DNA of 62,122 nucleotides from Porticoccus sp. (GCA_047628915.1 JBLHWB010000001.1:1-62122), one strand, 5' to 3'; positions 29,109 to 38,580 are shown, numbered from the stretch's first letter. Translations and numbers: made by a program. Notes: generated by a model not told the origin, from the letters alone.

Positions 29109-31071
29109 CTTTCGGCTCTGGCTCAGCAGTCGCTTGTTCAGCAAGTACCATTCGGATCAACTGTTTATCGGCATCAACAGATTTAATCGTTACAGCAACA
29201 TTTTGTCCTAACGCATAGCTAGAGTTATCAGCTGTTAGACTCAGTTCTAAACTATTAAAATGATATTTTTCAGTTAAGGTTTTGGTCTCGAGTTGACCTT
29301 CAATACCGGTTTCATCAAGTCGAATACCAAGTAAGCGGTTAGTAACTTTGATTACTTTTCCATCCAGCTTTTCACCAATAAGTGTCGTCGCGAATTGCGC
29401 CTTTAACCAATTGTCAGTTTCAAAAGTTGCTGTTCTGATAGTGCTCAGGGTGCTTTGCATTTGATCTATTTTAGTCGCATCGATCGGTGCAACATCTATG
29501 CCTGCGATATATTGTTTTAGCTGGCGGTGAATCAGTAAATCCTGGTAGCGTCTAATTGGTGATGTAACTGTTAAGTATTGTTCCAGCCCTAAACCTTTGT
29601 GTGCTTGCGGCTGCGGGCTGATATCACCCCGAGCAAACATACGACGCAGTATTTCCATTAATGGCAATTCTGTTTCTGCCTTGCTTAGCTCGCGAGTAAA
29701 GCGAATAAAGCCAGTAAGTGAATCAAGTTCCTCAGTAGACCACTCTGTATCGGTGTGTTTGTTTAGCAACGTTTGTGCGTCAGTTAGCCGCTCAGTGCGC
29801 AGCCCTTGATGCACACTATAGGCACTATCTATAGCTTTGCTTGCAAAGGCTTTGGCAATAGCTGTATTGGCCGCCAGCATACATTGCTCTACTAGGGTAT
29901 GCGCTACGGTTTTATTAAATTGATTAATCGATTGAATTTTGCCGTTGTCACCTAGCTGAAAGAAGTAATCTTTTCGATCTTCATTGATAAGCTGATTCGT
30001 CTGTCGATAGCTTAGCATTGCTTCGCTAATGGCTTGAAGTTGAGTTAGCGAATCAACAATTTCTCCGCCAAAGTCTGCTGCTTTGTTGTCGCGCAAAAAG
30101 TGAGTGACCTGTGAATAGCTGAGCTTTGCATGTGAGGTGATTGTTGCCTCAGATATATCAAGGCTATCAGTACTACCATCACTGTTGATCGTTAGGCTGA
30201 ACACTAGGGCTAAGCGCTTTTGCTCAGGCAGTAATGAGCATAAATCACTAGCTATTAATTCTGGCAGCATCGGTATTACTTTATGTGGAAAATAAACAGC
30301 GCTACTGCGTTTGGCGGCAACCTTGTCTAGCAACGAGCCTTCTTCAATTAACGCCGTCGGGTCTGCTATCGCTACTTTTAATAACCAGCCAGATGCGGTT
30401 TTTTCTGCAAATAGGGCATCATCCATATCAGTAGTATTGGCAGAATCAATAGTGACAAAAGGCGTTTTACTTAAATCTTTACGCGCTTTCAATAATATTT
30501 GTTGGCGCGCAGAAATAGCGTTTATTTCCTCGCCTACATTAGCAGGCCAATGAGTGGGTAAACCATATTTGGCAATGGCATAATTAGTTTCAATACTAGC
30601 GTCTTTTGCGTTACCAATAATATCTAGTACTTTGCCCTGAGTTTTCCCCTCGTTTTTAAACGGATGGCGTAAAACTTTACAGCGTACTCTGTCGCCACGT
30701 TTTGCCTTATTGCGCTCCTTCGGTGGAATAAACACCCAGCGAGACAAGCCATTACTATCGGCTTCAACAAATAAGCTTTTACCACGCTCTACCACAAAAC
30801 CGTAAAACTCTTTTAGTTCGGTTTTAAATACCGCTTCAACAGTACCGGCCTCGCGACCGCCTTTATCTTTGTTAATTTCAATATCTATAATGTCGCCGGG
30901 TAGCACTTTGGCCATTTCATCGGGCGCTAAAAACACCTGCTTATTGTCTTCGCATTTTACAAAGCCAAAATTGGCACGCGAAGGGATAACCTGGCCACGT
31001 TTAACATTTCTAGCGGTGCGAATTTCTTGCTTTAGCTGTTTGAGTGCACCAAGAGTTTCATTGTTCAACAT
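29098..31071 (-). CDS. rnb: Exoribonuclease II
   Basis: 657 aa. Has cold-shock-like N-terminal domains, an RNB catalytic motif (IDSANTTDMDDALF) and a C-terminal S1 domain. Length and N-terminus (LGALKQLKQE) fit RNase II rather than RNase R. Confidence 0.8.
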   Translation of the reverse strand: MLNNETLGALKQLKQEIRTARNVKRGQVIPSRANFGFVKCEDNKQVFLAPDEMAKVLPGDIIDIEINKDKGGREAGTVEAVFKTELKEFYGFVVERGKSLFVEADSNGLSRWVFIPPKERNKAKRGDRVRCKVLRHPFKNEGKTQGKVLDIIGNAKDASIETNYAIAKYGLPTHWPANVGEEINAISARQQILLKARKDLSKTPFVTIDSANTTDMDDALFAEKTASGWLLKVAIADPTALIEEGSLLDKVAAKRSSAVYFPHKVIPMLPELIASDLCSLLPEQKRLALVFSLTINSDGSTDSLDISEATITSHAKLSYSQVTHFLRDNKAADFGGEIVDSLTQLQAISEAMLSYRQTNQLINEDRKDYFFQLGDNGKIQSINQFNKTVAHTLVEQCMLAANTAIAKAFASKAIDSAYSVHQGLRTERLTDAQTLLNKHTDTEWSTEELDSLTGFIRFTRELSKAETELPLMEILRRMFARGDISPQPQAHKGLGLEQYLTVTSPIRRYQDLLIHRQLKQYIAGIDVAPIDATKIDQMQSTLSTIRTATFETDNWLKAQFATTLIGEKLDGKVIKVTNRLLGIRLDETGIEGQLETKTLTEKYHFNSLELSLTADNSSYALGQNVAVTIKSVDADKQLIRMVLAEQATAEPEPKAKV

Positions 31072-31242
31072 TTATACAGGCTCTATTACGTAAAAAGGGG
31101 CATATTCTAGCAGACAAAGGACAGGTTTTGACTGCCATATAGTTAACTAATGATAAAAATATAAGTAACGGTTCGGTTTAAGAATTGCAAGCGAACTGCT
31201 AGCATTGAGCTTGTTTTAATAGTGTCTAATGAGTGACTTGGC

Positions 31243-31830
31243 TTGGATAATAGTGATGACAATGAGTTGTTTGGTGCAGAGATGGGCGATGTTCAACCTC
31301 TGCAAACCAACAACAAGGCAAAACTAGCCAAACTCGCAAGCACCGATGCTAGTTTGCAGCGGCGGCGGGTCGCTGCGACTCAGCTTGCGGGCGAGGATGA
31401 AAATTATCTGTCGTCAGAATTCACTCAGCCGTTAAAAGCTGGTGATATCATTGATTTTAAGCGCCCCGGTATGCAGCACGGTGTATTGAAGAAGTTTCGC
31501 TTAGGGTATTACACTATTGAAGGGTCTTTAGGTTTACATCAAATGAAGGTGGAGCAGGCGCGCAAGGAAGTGTTTGAATTTATCCAAGAATGTTCAAACT
31601 ACGGGCTACGAACCGTGTTAATTACCCATGGTAAAGGTATGCGCAGCGTTGACAAAATTGCAGTGTTAAAAAGCTGTGTTGCCCAGTGGTTGCCGCAAAT
31701 GCCTAATGTATTAGCGGTACACAGCGCTCAGCCTCATCATGGTGGTAGCGGTAGCGTCTATATTATGTTGAAAAAAAGCGCTAAGGATAAACTGGCTAAT
31801 CGAGAAAAAAATGCCAAGGGTAAGCGCTAA
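31243..31830 (+). CDS. Smr-domain endonuclease-like protein (SmrA/YdaL-like)
   Basis: C-terminal Smr domain with LGLHQM...ARKEVFEFI and VLITHGKG motifs. TTG start as given in the track. Confidence 0.7.
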   Translation: MDNSDDNELFGAEMGDVQPLQTNNKAKLAKLASTDASLQRRRVAATQLAGEDENYLSSEFTQPLKAGDIIDFKRPGMQHGVLKKFRLGYYTIEGSLGLHQMKVEQARKEVFEFIQECSNYGLRTVLITHGKGMRSVDKIAVLKSCVAQWLPQMPNVLAVHSAQPHHGGSGSVYIMLKKSAKDKLANREKNAKGKR

Positions 31831-32525
31831 TCAATAGTGCTGCTGACTGCATGATGGGGCACACGCCACTCCTGGATGCCCAAACCTTTAGCAACAGCGA
31901 TAGTAAAAGTAAGTTTGTTACAGCGTTTGACTAAACCATGGTAGCTGGTCCCTGCATGGTCAAATTGTACTTGGCTGCCACGCTGATATTGCTGCGCGGT
32001 AGTGATCGCAAATTGTTGGTGGCTATTAAATGTCATTGGTAACTGATAAAGGCCAGCGTGCTCAGCTAAGGCTTCGTTGACGGTAGCGCCATAGCCATGA
32101 TGATAAATGTCATCAAGCAGGCGATAGAATAGGGCATTGTGAACTTTGGTATTTCGACGTTTTCTTGTCTGATCATATTCAAACTGCAGAATATGGGCAA
32201 ATTCATGGCATACAGTGTGGCTGAGTAAATTTAGATAACTGATGTTGCCATCAAAATATCTTCGGTCGGCGATTTCTCGACTGGTTAACCAACCACTGCA
32301 TAAATTGGCATCACGTTTATCCATAATCATACCTAGGCCGTAGGTAATGGAATAACTGCTCTGATATTTTCTGCAATAAGTAGCTTTACCACTGCCAACC
32401 CGCGTTTTTAAGTTGATATTGGCTAGGCTGAAGTTAGGTAGTTCAGCGCTATAGTAGTCTTGAAATATTTGCTGGGTAAGTTGTCCCATCAATGTGGCAA
32501 TGGCATGTGCTTGTTCTGATGTCAC
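31827..32525 (-). CDS. SprT-like zinc metalloprotease-domain protein
   Basis: HExxH present as VCHEFAHIL, in a SprT-like context (TYGLGMIM..., LLSHTV). 232 aa. Confidence 0.5.
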   Translation of the reverse strand: MTSEQAHAIATLMGQLTQQIFQDYYSAELPNFSLANINLKTRVGSGKATYCRKYQSSYSITYGLGMIMDKRDANLCSGWLTSREIADRRYFDGNISYLNLLSHTVCHEFAHILQFEYDQTRKRRNTKVHNALFYRLLDDIYHHGYGATVNEALAEHAGLYQLPMTFNSHQQFAITTAQQYQRGSQVQFDHAGTSYHGLVKRCNKLTFTIAVAKGLGIQEWRVPHHAVSSTID

Positions 32526-32564
32526 TAATCGTCTAGCTCTTAATGTATGTATTCGTTGGGTTAA

Positions 32565-33002
32565 TTATGCCGCATCATCTTCTTCAGATGGAGGGAATTT
32601 TTCTTGCAGCAGCTGGGCTAATTTCAAGCAGGCATCATGACTAGTAAAAATGCCTACTGGCTCGCCGTCTTTAACAGCAATTATTGCTTTGATCCGTAGC
32701 TCTACCATTCGTAGCAGTACTTTATCCAGCGGGTCATTAACATCGCTAAAGCAGGCAGGGGTAGAGCTAATGTCGCCGACTCGCAGTTGCTCATAGGGTT
32801 GCACCCGATGTCCTACCAGTTTTACACGGTTTAAGTCTTGGCTAGAAATAATGCTTTCAACAACGCCGTCGATAACTACTGGCAAGTGATGAATATCATG
32901 TTCTAGCATTAATTGTTCGGCTTTGGTAATACTTTCTTTGCCATCAATGGTTTGTGGGAAAGGTGTCATCACCGCGATCATAGTGGGCATTATCTTAGTC
33001 AT
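32565..33002 (-). CDS. CBS-domain pair protein
   Basis: 145 aa with two CBS repeats (HHLPVVIDGVVESIISSQDL; AIIAVKDGEPVGIFTSHD). Confidence 0.75.
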   Translation of the reverse strand: MTKIMPTMIAVMTPFPQTIDGKESITKAEQLMLEHDIHHLPVVIDGVVESIISSQDLNRVKLVGHRVQPYEQLRVGDISSTPACFSDVNDPLDKVLLRMVELRIKAIIAVKDGEPVGIFTSHDACLKLAQLLQEKFPPSEEDDAA

Positions 33003-33037
33003 TCTTTTTCCTATTATGGCGCCATAACAGTGCAGAG

Positions 33038-33496
33038 TTAACTGATAAGAATATCTTTTGCCTTGTTCAACTGCACAGCGAGGTATTCACTGCCACCTTT
33101 ATCAGGGTGACATTTTTGGATTAAACGACGATGCGCTTGGATAATATCTTCTTCGCTGGCGCCTTCCTGCAAACCTAAAACCTCTAAGGCGTGTTCGCGG
33201 GTACTTGGCATATCGCTGTCTGGGCTCTGCGTAGCAGCTTGTTTCTTACCTAATAGTCTTGGCACATATTGTGCTAGCCACGGCAGTGAAGCTTTTAAAC
33301 CAGCAAACAAAGTTGCAATAGCGGCGCCAATCCAGTGTAACTTGCCCATTGCTACCAGTAGCAAGGACAACACAACCAGTAAAATCGCCCCAGCTTGCCA
33401 TAGTTTTTTCTTGTTGTCGGGGCTAGGTTTTTTAAGCAATTGGTAGCCAATGTAAATAGCTAAAACAACGGCAACGAATAAAATAAGTCTGGGCAT
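33038..33496 (-). CDS. Membrane-anchored J-domain protein (DjlA-like)
   Basis: N-terminal TM helices and a C-terminal J domain with HPD (RRLIQKCHPDKGGS). Confidence 0.75.
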   Translation of the reverse strand: MPRLILFVAVVLAIYIGYQLLKKPSPDNKKKLWQAGAILLVVLSLLLVAMGKLHWIGAAIATLFAGLKASLPWLAQYVPRLLGKKQAATQSPDSDMPSTREHALEVLGLQEGASEEDIIQAHRRLIQKCHPDKGGSEYLAVQLNKAKDILIS

Positions 33497-33642
33497 GATA
33501 TGGGTCTTTATTAATCTCGTTTATTAGATGAAATTTCATGTTAGCAGTAATGACTCTTGGCGCAATCGGTTTGTTTATCTAAGCGCCATATTAAGGTTAA
33601 ATATACTCAGAATAAGTATGGATAGATCATCAGGCCAAATTT

Positions 33643-34374
33643 ATGACACCAGCAAGACTGAGTAAAATAAAACAAGTATTGTCTCAACGACAGCCAGATT
33701 TAACGGTTATAACTGACCATGTCCACAAAGGACGTAATTTGTCGGCTATTGTTAGAACCTGTGATGCCGCAGGTATTCAAGATATTACTGCAGTGATAGA
33801 AGAGAACGAGAGCTATAGAGCCTTTTTACGCGCGGCCATGGGCAGTCATCAGTGGGTTGATGTGCATAAGCAAGTCGGTTTACAGACGGCGATTGATCAG
33901 AAAAAACAACAGGGTTTTCAAGTGGTTGCAGCACATCCTGGTGATGGAGCAAAGGATTTTCGCGAGATCGACTACACCAAACCAACTGCTATATTACTAG
34001 GTGGTGAACTAGTCGGGGTTAGCGGCGAAGGTTTGCAATTAGCTGATGAATTAGTGGTTATTCCAATGATGGGTATGGTGGCATCACTCAATGTCTCGGT
34101 GGCGGCAGCAATTATTCTTACTGAGGTGCAACAGCAACGTCAGCAAGCGGGTCTATATGAAGGGCCTAGGATTCCTAATAAACAATATGAAGAGCTATTG
34201 TTTCGCTGGGGTTATCCGCGGTTGGCTAAGTTTTGTCAGCAACGCCATATTCCGTATCCTAAACTAAACGATGACGGAGATATTATTGATACTGATCAGT
34301 GGCGTGCAGCGGTTGATAAATCGGCGGCAAAAACGGCGGCCAGAAGAAGAAGAAGGAATGCGGCGTTAATCTAG
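33643..34374 (+). CDS. trmH: SpoU/TrmH-family RNA 2'-O-methyltransferase (TrmH-like) with an Arg-rich tail
   Basis: SpoU motifs NLSAIVRTCDAAG, LLGGELVGVS and IPMMGMVASLNVSVAAAIIL. The C-terminus is AAKTAARRRRRNAALI. Confidence 0.7.
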   Translation: MTPARLSKIKQVLSQRQPDLTVITDHVHKGRNLSAIVRTCDAAGIQDITAVIEENESYRAFLRAAMGSHQWVDVHKQVGLQTAIDQKKQQGFQVVAAHPGDGAKDFREIDYTKPTAILLGGELVGVSGEGLQLADELVVIPMMGMVASLNVSVAAAIILTEVQQQRQQAGLYEGPRIPNKQYEELLFRWGYPRLAKFCQQRHIPYPKLNDDGDIIDTDQWRAAVDKSAAKTAARRRRRNAALI

Positions 34375-35187
34375 CGAATGGCCACAATGTTTACAGTACT
34401 GTGCATCAGTTTCATGGCCATAACGGCCACAGCTATTGCACAAGGCATTTTTTCTTTCACGGGTTATTTCGGCAGCTATACCGGCGGTAATAATACCAGT
34501 AGGCACCGCAACAATGGCATAGCCCATTAACATAGTCAGCGAGGCCAATACCTGGCCAATAAATGTTTGCGGCGCTATATCGCCATAGCCGACAGTTGTG
34601 ATGGTAACAATAGCCCAGTAAATGCTTTTAGGGATTGAGCTAAAGCCGTTTTCAGGGCCCTCGATTGCGTACATTAATGAGCCAAAAATAGTGGTGAGTA
34701 TGCAAATAATAAACATAAATACCATAATTTTATGGCGCGACATTATCATCGCACGAGTTAGTATATTGGCCTCTTTCACAAAACGAATGAGCTTTAATAC
34801 ACGAAATATTCGCAGTACCCGCAAGAGGCGGACAACAATTAAAAACCCGCCACTGCCTAAGAAGAAGGTGATATAGGTGGGCAGTACTGACAATAAGTCG
34901 ATCATGCCGTAAAAAGAGCGAAAATATTTAAGCGGTTGCGGCGAGCAATAGAGGCGCACAAAGTATTCGATAGTAAATAGAATGGTGAAACCCCATTCTG
35001 CGTAAAAAATCAAATCGTGGTATTTATAATCAATTCCATCGACTGTAGAAAGAATAACCAGTAAAACACTGATTAAAATGGCATAAATAAGCACGATATC
35101 GAAGAATTGACCTGCTGGAGTCTCAGTGCCAAAAATAACGTCGTTTAGCTTAGTTCTAAGCGGGGCATGGAAGCGATAATCATTCAT
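34366..35187 (-). CDS. Voltage-gated-type (6TM) potassium channel with a C-terminal zinc-ribbon
   Basis: S4-like helix VVRLLRVLRIFRVLKLIRFVK, selectivity filter TTVGYGD, and C-terminal CNSCGRYGHETDAQYCKHCGH. Confidence 0.85.
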   Translation of the reverse strand: MNDYRFHAPLRTKLNDVIFGTETPAGQFFDIVLIYAILISVLLVILSTVDGIDYKYHDLIFYAEWGFTILFTIEYFVRLYCSPQPLKYFRSFYGMIDLLSVLPTYITFFLGSGGFLIVVRLLRVLRIFRVLKLIRFVKEANILTRAMIMSRHKIMVFMFIICILTTIFGSLMYAIEGPENGFSSIPKSIYWAIVTITTVGYGDIAPQTFIGQVLASLTMLMGYAIVAVPTGIITAGIAAEITRERKNALCNSCGRYGHETDAQYCKHCGHSLD

Positions 35188-35233
35188 AAATGCTCACCCA
35201 GTAACGGTTGATAAAATAGCAGCACTATATACC

Positions 35234-35755
35234 TCAGCTAGCGCAATGCTCTGGCAAACTCAGCTCGTCTAGGACCTCAACTAACACTTTACTGGTAGCA
35301 CAATCTAAGTCGGTGTTACCTGCTAGATTAACTTTCTGCAAATAGCTCAAGTCAGATAAGCGCGACACGTCAGTAACTTTGTTATTCGCAAAAGCAACGT
35401 TTTTCAGCGCTGACAACTCATTTAACAAACTGAGATCTGAAATCGAGTTGTCATTCATAACCAGTACTTCGAGCTTATAAAAACGTTCTAGCCCGGCCAG
35501 GGTTTCAATTCCTGCATTGGTGCAAGCAAGTTTTGTTAATTGTTCTACTGCAGTAATTTTTTGGTCTTTTACAGTTTGCTGTAAACAGTCGTTTAAGGCT
35601 GCATCAGCCACATGCATTTTTGTTAGCAGTTTAGGTGGCGTGTAAATAACGTTGTCATTAATTCTAACGTCGTAGTCGGCGCAAGCAGTTAATAAAACTG
35701 CAGTTATAATAGGGCTTAGCTTTTTTAAGGTATGATGCATCCACATATTCCGCAA
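35234..35755 (-). CDS. Leucine-rich-repeat lipoprotein
   Basis: Lipobox AVLLTAC. About four 22-residue LRRs (LEVLVMNDNSISDLSLLNELSALKNVAFANNKVTDVSRLSDLSYLQKVNLAGN). Confidence 0.7.
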   Translation of the reverse strand: MRNMWMHHTLKKLSPIITAVLLTACADYDVRINDNVIYTPPKLLTKMHVADAALNDCLQQTVKDQKITAVEQLTKLACTNAGIETLAGLERFYKLEVLVMNDNSISDLSLLNELSALKNVAFANNKVTDVSRLSDLSYLQKVNLAGNTDLDCATSKVLVEVLDELSLPEHCAS

Positions 35756-35815
35756 AAATGGTTTACGGCAAGTTTAGCATAGCTAGAGGCTGTGTCTTGT
35801 AAGGAAAATTACTGA

Positions 35816-37048
35816 ATGGCTTTTGATCCAAACAATACCATCGATAATGCCGACAACGCGAAGATTGGTATTACACAGCGGGGAAACTTAAAGTTTTTAG
35901 AGCAAGCGCTACGCGAGTATTGGAATCTTGGGCAAAACAATGTGTTGTGCTGGAGTATTAACAGTGCCGGTATTAGCGTGCTAATGGTGCCACATTATTT
36001 TTTAGCACAGTTTTCATCCAGCATAGACAACATTGCTTCTAAAGATCGATTAGACGCTTTGAATGGTCGTTTTGTTCGTCAGTTAATTGCGGGTAAGCGC
36101 CAAATGGGTGAAGAAGAGTATGCCGGCACGGCTAGACGCTTTGATATAACTCCTACTCAAATAGATCTTCCTGTGCCGATTGGTAAAGATGTGCCAGTTC
36201 TAGACGCTATTGAGTCTATGGTGCGTCGTTACAGTATCAGTTATGTGAGTAAACGAGCGGTACTATTATTTGATATTGTCGATTTTTCCTTGTTTAGTCC
36301 GTTTGAGCAAACTAGTCAGATCAGCAGCTTGTCTTATTCATTAAATGCGGCGTTTAGTAAAATGCTAGCTCATAATATTAATATCGACTTTGCGCGTACT
36401 ACTACTGGCGATGGTTTTTACATTTGGAATCGCAACCTAGATACGATGGCCGATACCCATTTATTTCAATTTATGCTGATGGTGATGGCAAATAATGCAG
36501 TGGCGCAGTCAAAGGCCATGGGTAGAACTGTACCAACAATACGTACAGGCTTTCATGTGGGTAGTCATTACGAATTTTACCAAGCTCAGGGCGTTAATCC
36601 GACAATGTTTAGTTATATCGTTGGCGATGTCACCATTGAGTTGGCGCGTATTCTTGAATCAGCTGCTCCCGGTCAAATCTATATCGGTGATTTTACTACC
36701 AATATGCCAACTTCCAGTCGTGACTCAGCATTTTTGATAGAAGTAGATAGCGCCCGTTTTGTTGAGCGCGCGCGTAAGCATTTGGCTTCACTAAAAGGGG
36801 TGGAGCTATCTGACGGTGGTATTGAATCAATCCATTGTTTTTTGACGGGTGAAACCAGTGTTGCCGGCGGTGAGTCAATTCATCGGTTTAAAATTATCGA
36901 TAAACATGGCCTTAGTCGTAACGCCTACAATCTTCGAGTTAATATTCAAACAACTCATGGGCGACCAATTTTATTAGGCTCAAATGCTCGTGCCAATACT
37001 ACAGACCGTGTTACCGGTGGTATAATGCGCAGCTCTCGCGAGAAATGA
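35816..37048 (+). CDS. Hypothetical protein with a divergent class III nucleotidyl-cyclase-like central domain
   Basis: Residues ~146-295 match class III cyclase landmarks. These are AVLLFDIVDFS (FxDIxGF, first metal Asp, D153), TTTGDGFYIW (xxxGDx, second metal Asp, D199, 46 aa later), IRTGFHVGS, and IVGDVTIELARILESAAPGQIYIGD. The N- and C-terminal regions are unassigned. Confidence 0.5.
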   Translation: MAFDPNNTIDNADNAKIGITQRGNLKFLEQALREYWNLGQNNVLCWSINSAGISVLMVPHYFLAQFSSSIDNIASKDRLDALNGRFVRQLIAGKRQMGEEEYAGTARRFDITPTQIDLPVPIGKDVPVLDAIESMVRRYSISYVSKRAVLLFDIVDFSLFSPFEQTSQISSLSYSLNAAFSKMLAHNINIDFARTTTGDGFYIWNRNLDTMADTHLFQFMLMVMANNAVAQSKAMGRTVPTIRTGFHVGSHYEFYQAQGVNPTMFSYIVGDVTIELARILESAAPGQIYIGDFTTNMPTSSRDSAFLIEVDSARFVERARKHLASLKGVELSDGGIESIHCFLTGETSVAGGESIHRFKIIDKHGLSRNAYNLRVNIQTTHGRPILLGSNARANTTDRVTGGIMRSSREK

Positions 37049-37115
37049 TTTTCGATTTTGTGTAATCATTCAAAGATAACCCTTACTAATTCGGTTAAAA
37101 ATACTAATTTAAATA

Positions 37116-37784
37116 ATGGAGAAATTAATGATTCGTCTTGGGTTTATCATTGCCTTAGTTATATCTACTACGGCTTGTATGTCGACAGATCCATACACCG
37201 GCGATCAACAAGTAAGTAATACTGCTAAAGGTGCAAGTATTGGCGCCATCACCGGGGCCATCATTGGAGCCGCCACCTCGAGTAAAGACGATCGCAAAAA
37301 AGGAATATTAACTGGTGCCGTAGCAGGTGGTGCTATCGGCGGTGGTGTCGGTTTTTATATGGACAAGCAAGAAGCTGCATTGCGCCAGCAACTAGAAGGC
37401 ACTGGCGTAAGAATCGCTCGTGAAGGCGACAATATTCGCTTAATCATGCCAGGTAATATCACTTTCGATGTAAACCGTTACAATATACGCGGTCAATTTT
37501 TACCTGTTTTAGACTCTGTAGGCGTTGTCCTTGCCGAGTTTGATAAAACCACTGTTGTGGTTGAAGGTCACACTGACTCAACTGGCTCGTTTGAAACCAA
37601 TCAAGTCTTGAGTGAAAATCGTGCAGGGTCAGTTAGCCGTTATTTAACGCAGCAAGGCGTGGCGTTTAGTCGTGTTCAATCCCAAGGTTTGGGCCCGCGC
37701 AACCCTATTGCCAGTAACCAGTCAGCTTATGGCCGTGAGCAAAATCGTCGGGTAGAGTTACGTTTGCTGCCACTGGCGCAATAA
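37116..37784 (+). CDS. OmpA-family lipoprotein with glycine-zipper (YiaD-like)
   Basis: Lipobox ISTTAC, a glycine zipper (GASIGAITGAIIGAA...GAVAGGAIGGGVG), and an OmpA C-terminal domain (VEGHTDSTGS, NQVLSENRAGSV, NRRVEL). Confidence 0.85.
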   Translation: MEKLMIRLGFIIALVISTTACMSTDPYTGDQQVSNTAKGASIGAITGAIIGAATSSKDDRKKGILTGAVAGGAIGGGVGFYMDKQEAALRQQLEGTGVRIAREGDNIRLIMPGNITFDVNRYNIRGQFLPVLDSVGVVLAEFDKTTVVVEGHTDSTGSFETNQVLSENRAGSVSRYLTQQGVAFSRVQSQGLGPRNPIASNQSAYGREQNRRVELRLLPLAQ

Positions 37785-37791
37785 TCGCTTT

Positions 37792-38577
37792 ATGAGCGAC
37801 AGTAAGGTTATTGTTTTTTATTCAGATGACAATTTTGCTGATGCTGCGAAAGGACTAGCGCAAACCACAGGTTTGCCCGTTAAGAAAGGCACCGACTTAA
37901 AATTTGAGTCGGTGCCTTTTTGTTTATGTGTTAATGACCTGGGAATATCACTCAGGCAGTCAGGGAAAAAAGCACCTGGGCCTGTGCGAGTAGACTTTTT
38001 GGCAGGCAAGACCAAGCATCGGATGAATTACGGCGGTGGTAGAGGTCAGCTTCTGTCAAAGGCTATAGGCGTTAATAAGCGGGCAGGGCTTAAAGTTTTA
38101 GATGCTACCGCTGGTTTAGGGCAAGACAGTTTTGTGCTGGCTACCTTGGGTTGCGATATGACATTAATCGAGCGCTCTCCAGTCGTGGCAGCATTGCTAC
38201 GTGATGGTATTGAGCGCGGCTTACAAGGCGACGATGAGGTCGCTGCAGTGCTTGGTCGAATGAATTTAGTCTGCGCAGACTCTATAGATTATTTGCAGCA
38301 ATTAGCAGAGCCTGTGGATGTGATTTATTTAGACCCTATGTATCCACATACCGATAAAACCGCCAAAGTAAAAAAAGAAATGGCAGTCTTTCGTGAGATT
38401 GTCGGTCAGGATTTAGACAACGAAAAACTACTAGCTGAGGCCTTAGAAAAAGCAATTTATCGGGTAGTTGTTAAGCGCCCAAGACTAGGGGCTAAAATTA
38501 GTAGTACTAAACCAACACTGCAGTTAATGGGTAAATCATCGCGCTTTGATATTTATACTAATAAAGGTCTTAGCTAA
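37792..38577 (+). CDS. rsmJ: 16S rRNA (guanine1516-N2)-methyltransferase
   Basis: VLDATAGLGQDSFVLATLGCDMTLIERSPVVAALLRDGIERG closely matches the RsmJ (YhiQ) core. Also has DVIYLDPMYPH. Confidence 0.8.
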   Translation: MSDSKVIVFYSDDNFADAAKGLAQTTGLPVKKGTDLKFESVPFCLCVNDLGISLRQSGKKAPGPVRVDFLAGKTKHRMNYGGGRGQLLSKAIGVNKRAGLKVLDATAGLGQDSFVLATLGCDMTLIERSPVVAALLRDGIERGLQGDDEVAAVLGRMNLVCADSIDYLQQLAEPVDVIYLDPMYPHTDKTAKVKKEMAVFREIVGQDLDNEKLLAEALEKAIYRVVVKRPRLGAKISSTKPTLQLMGKSSRFDIYTNKGLS

Positions 38578-38580
38578 GCG

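Noticed and set aside
35816-37784. Pycsar- or CBASS-like anti-phage operon (cyclase plus effector)
   Set aside because: The cyclase-like gene is not followed by an effector with a cyclic-nucleotide-binding, TIR, patatin, endonuclease or multi-TM pore domain. The downstream gene is an ordinary OmpA-family glycine-zipper lipoprotein, followed by rsmJ. The defence-system label is therefore unsupported, and only the atypical cyclase-like fold is reported.
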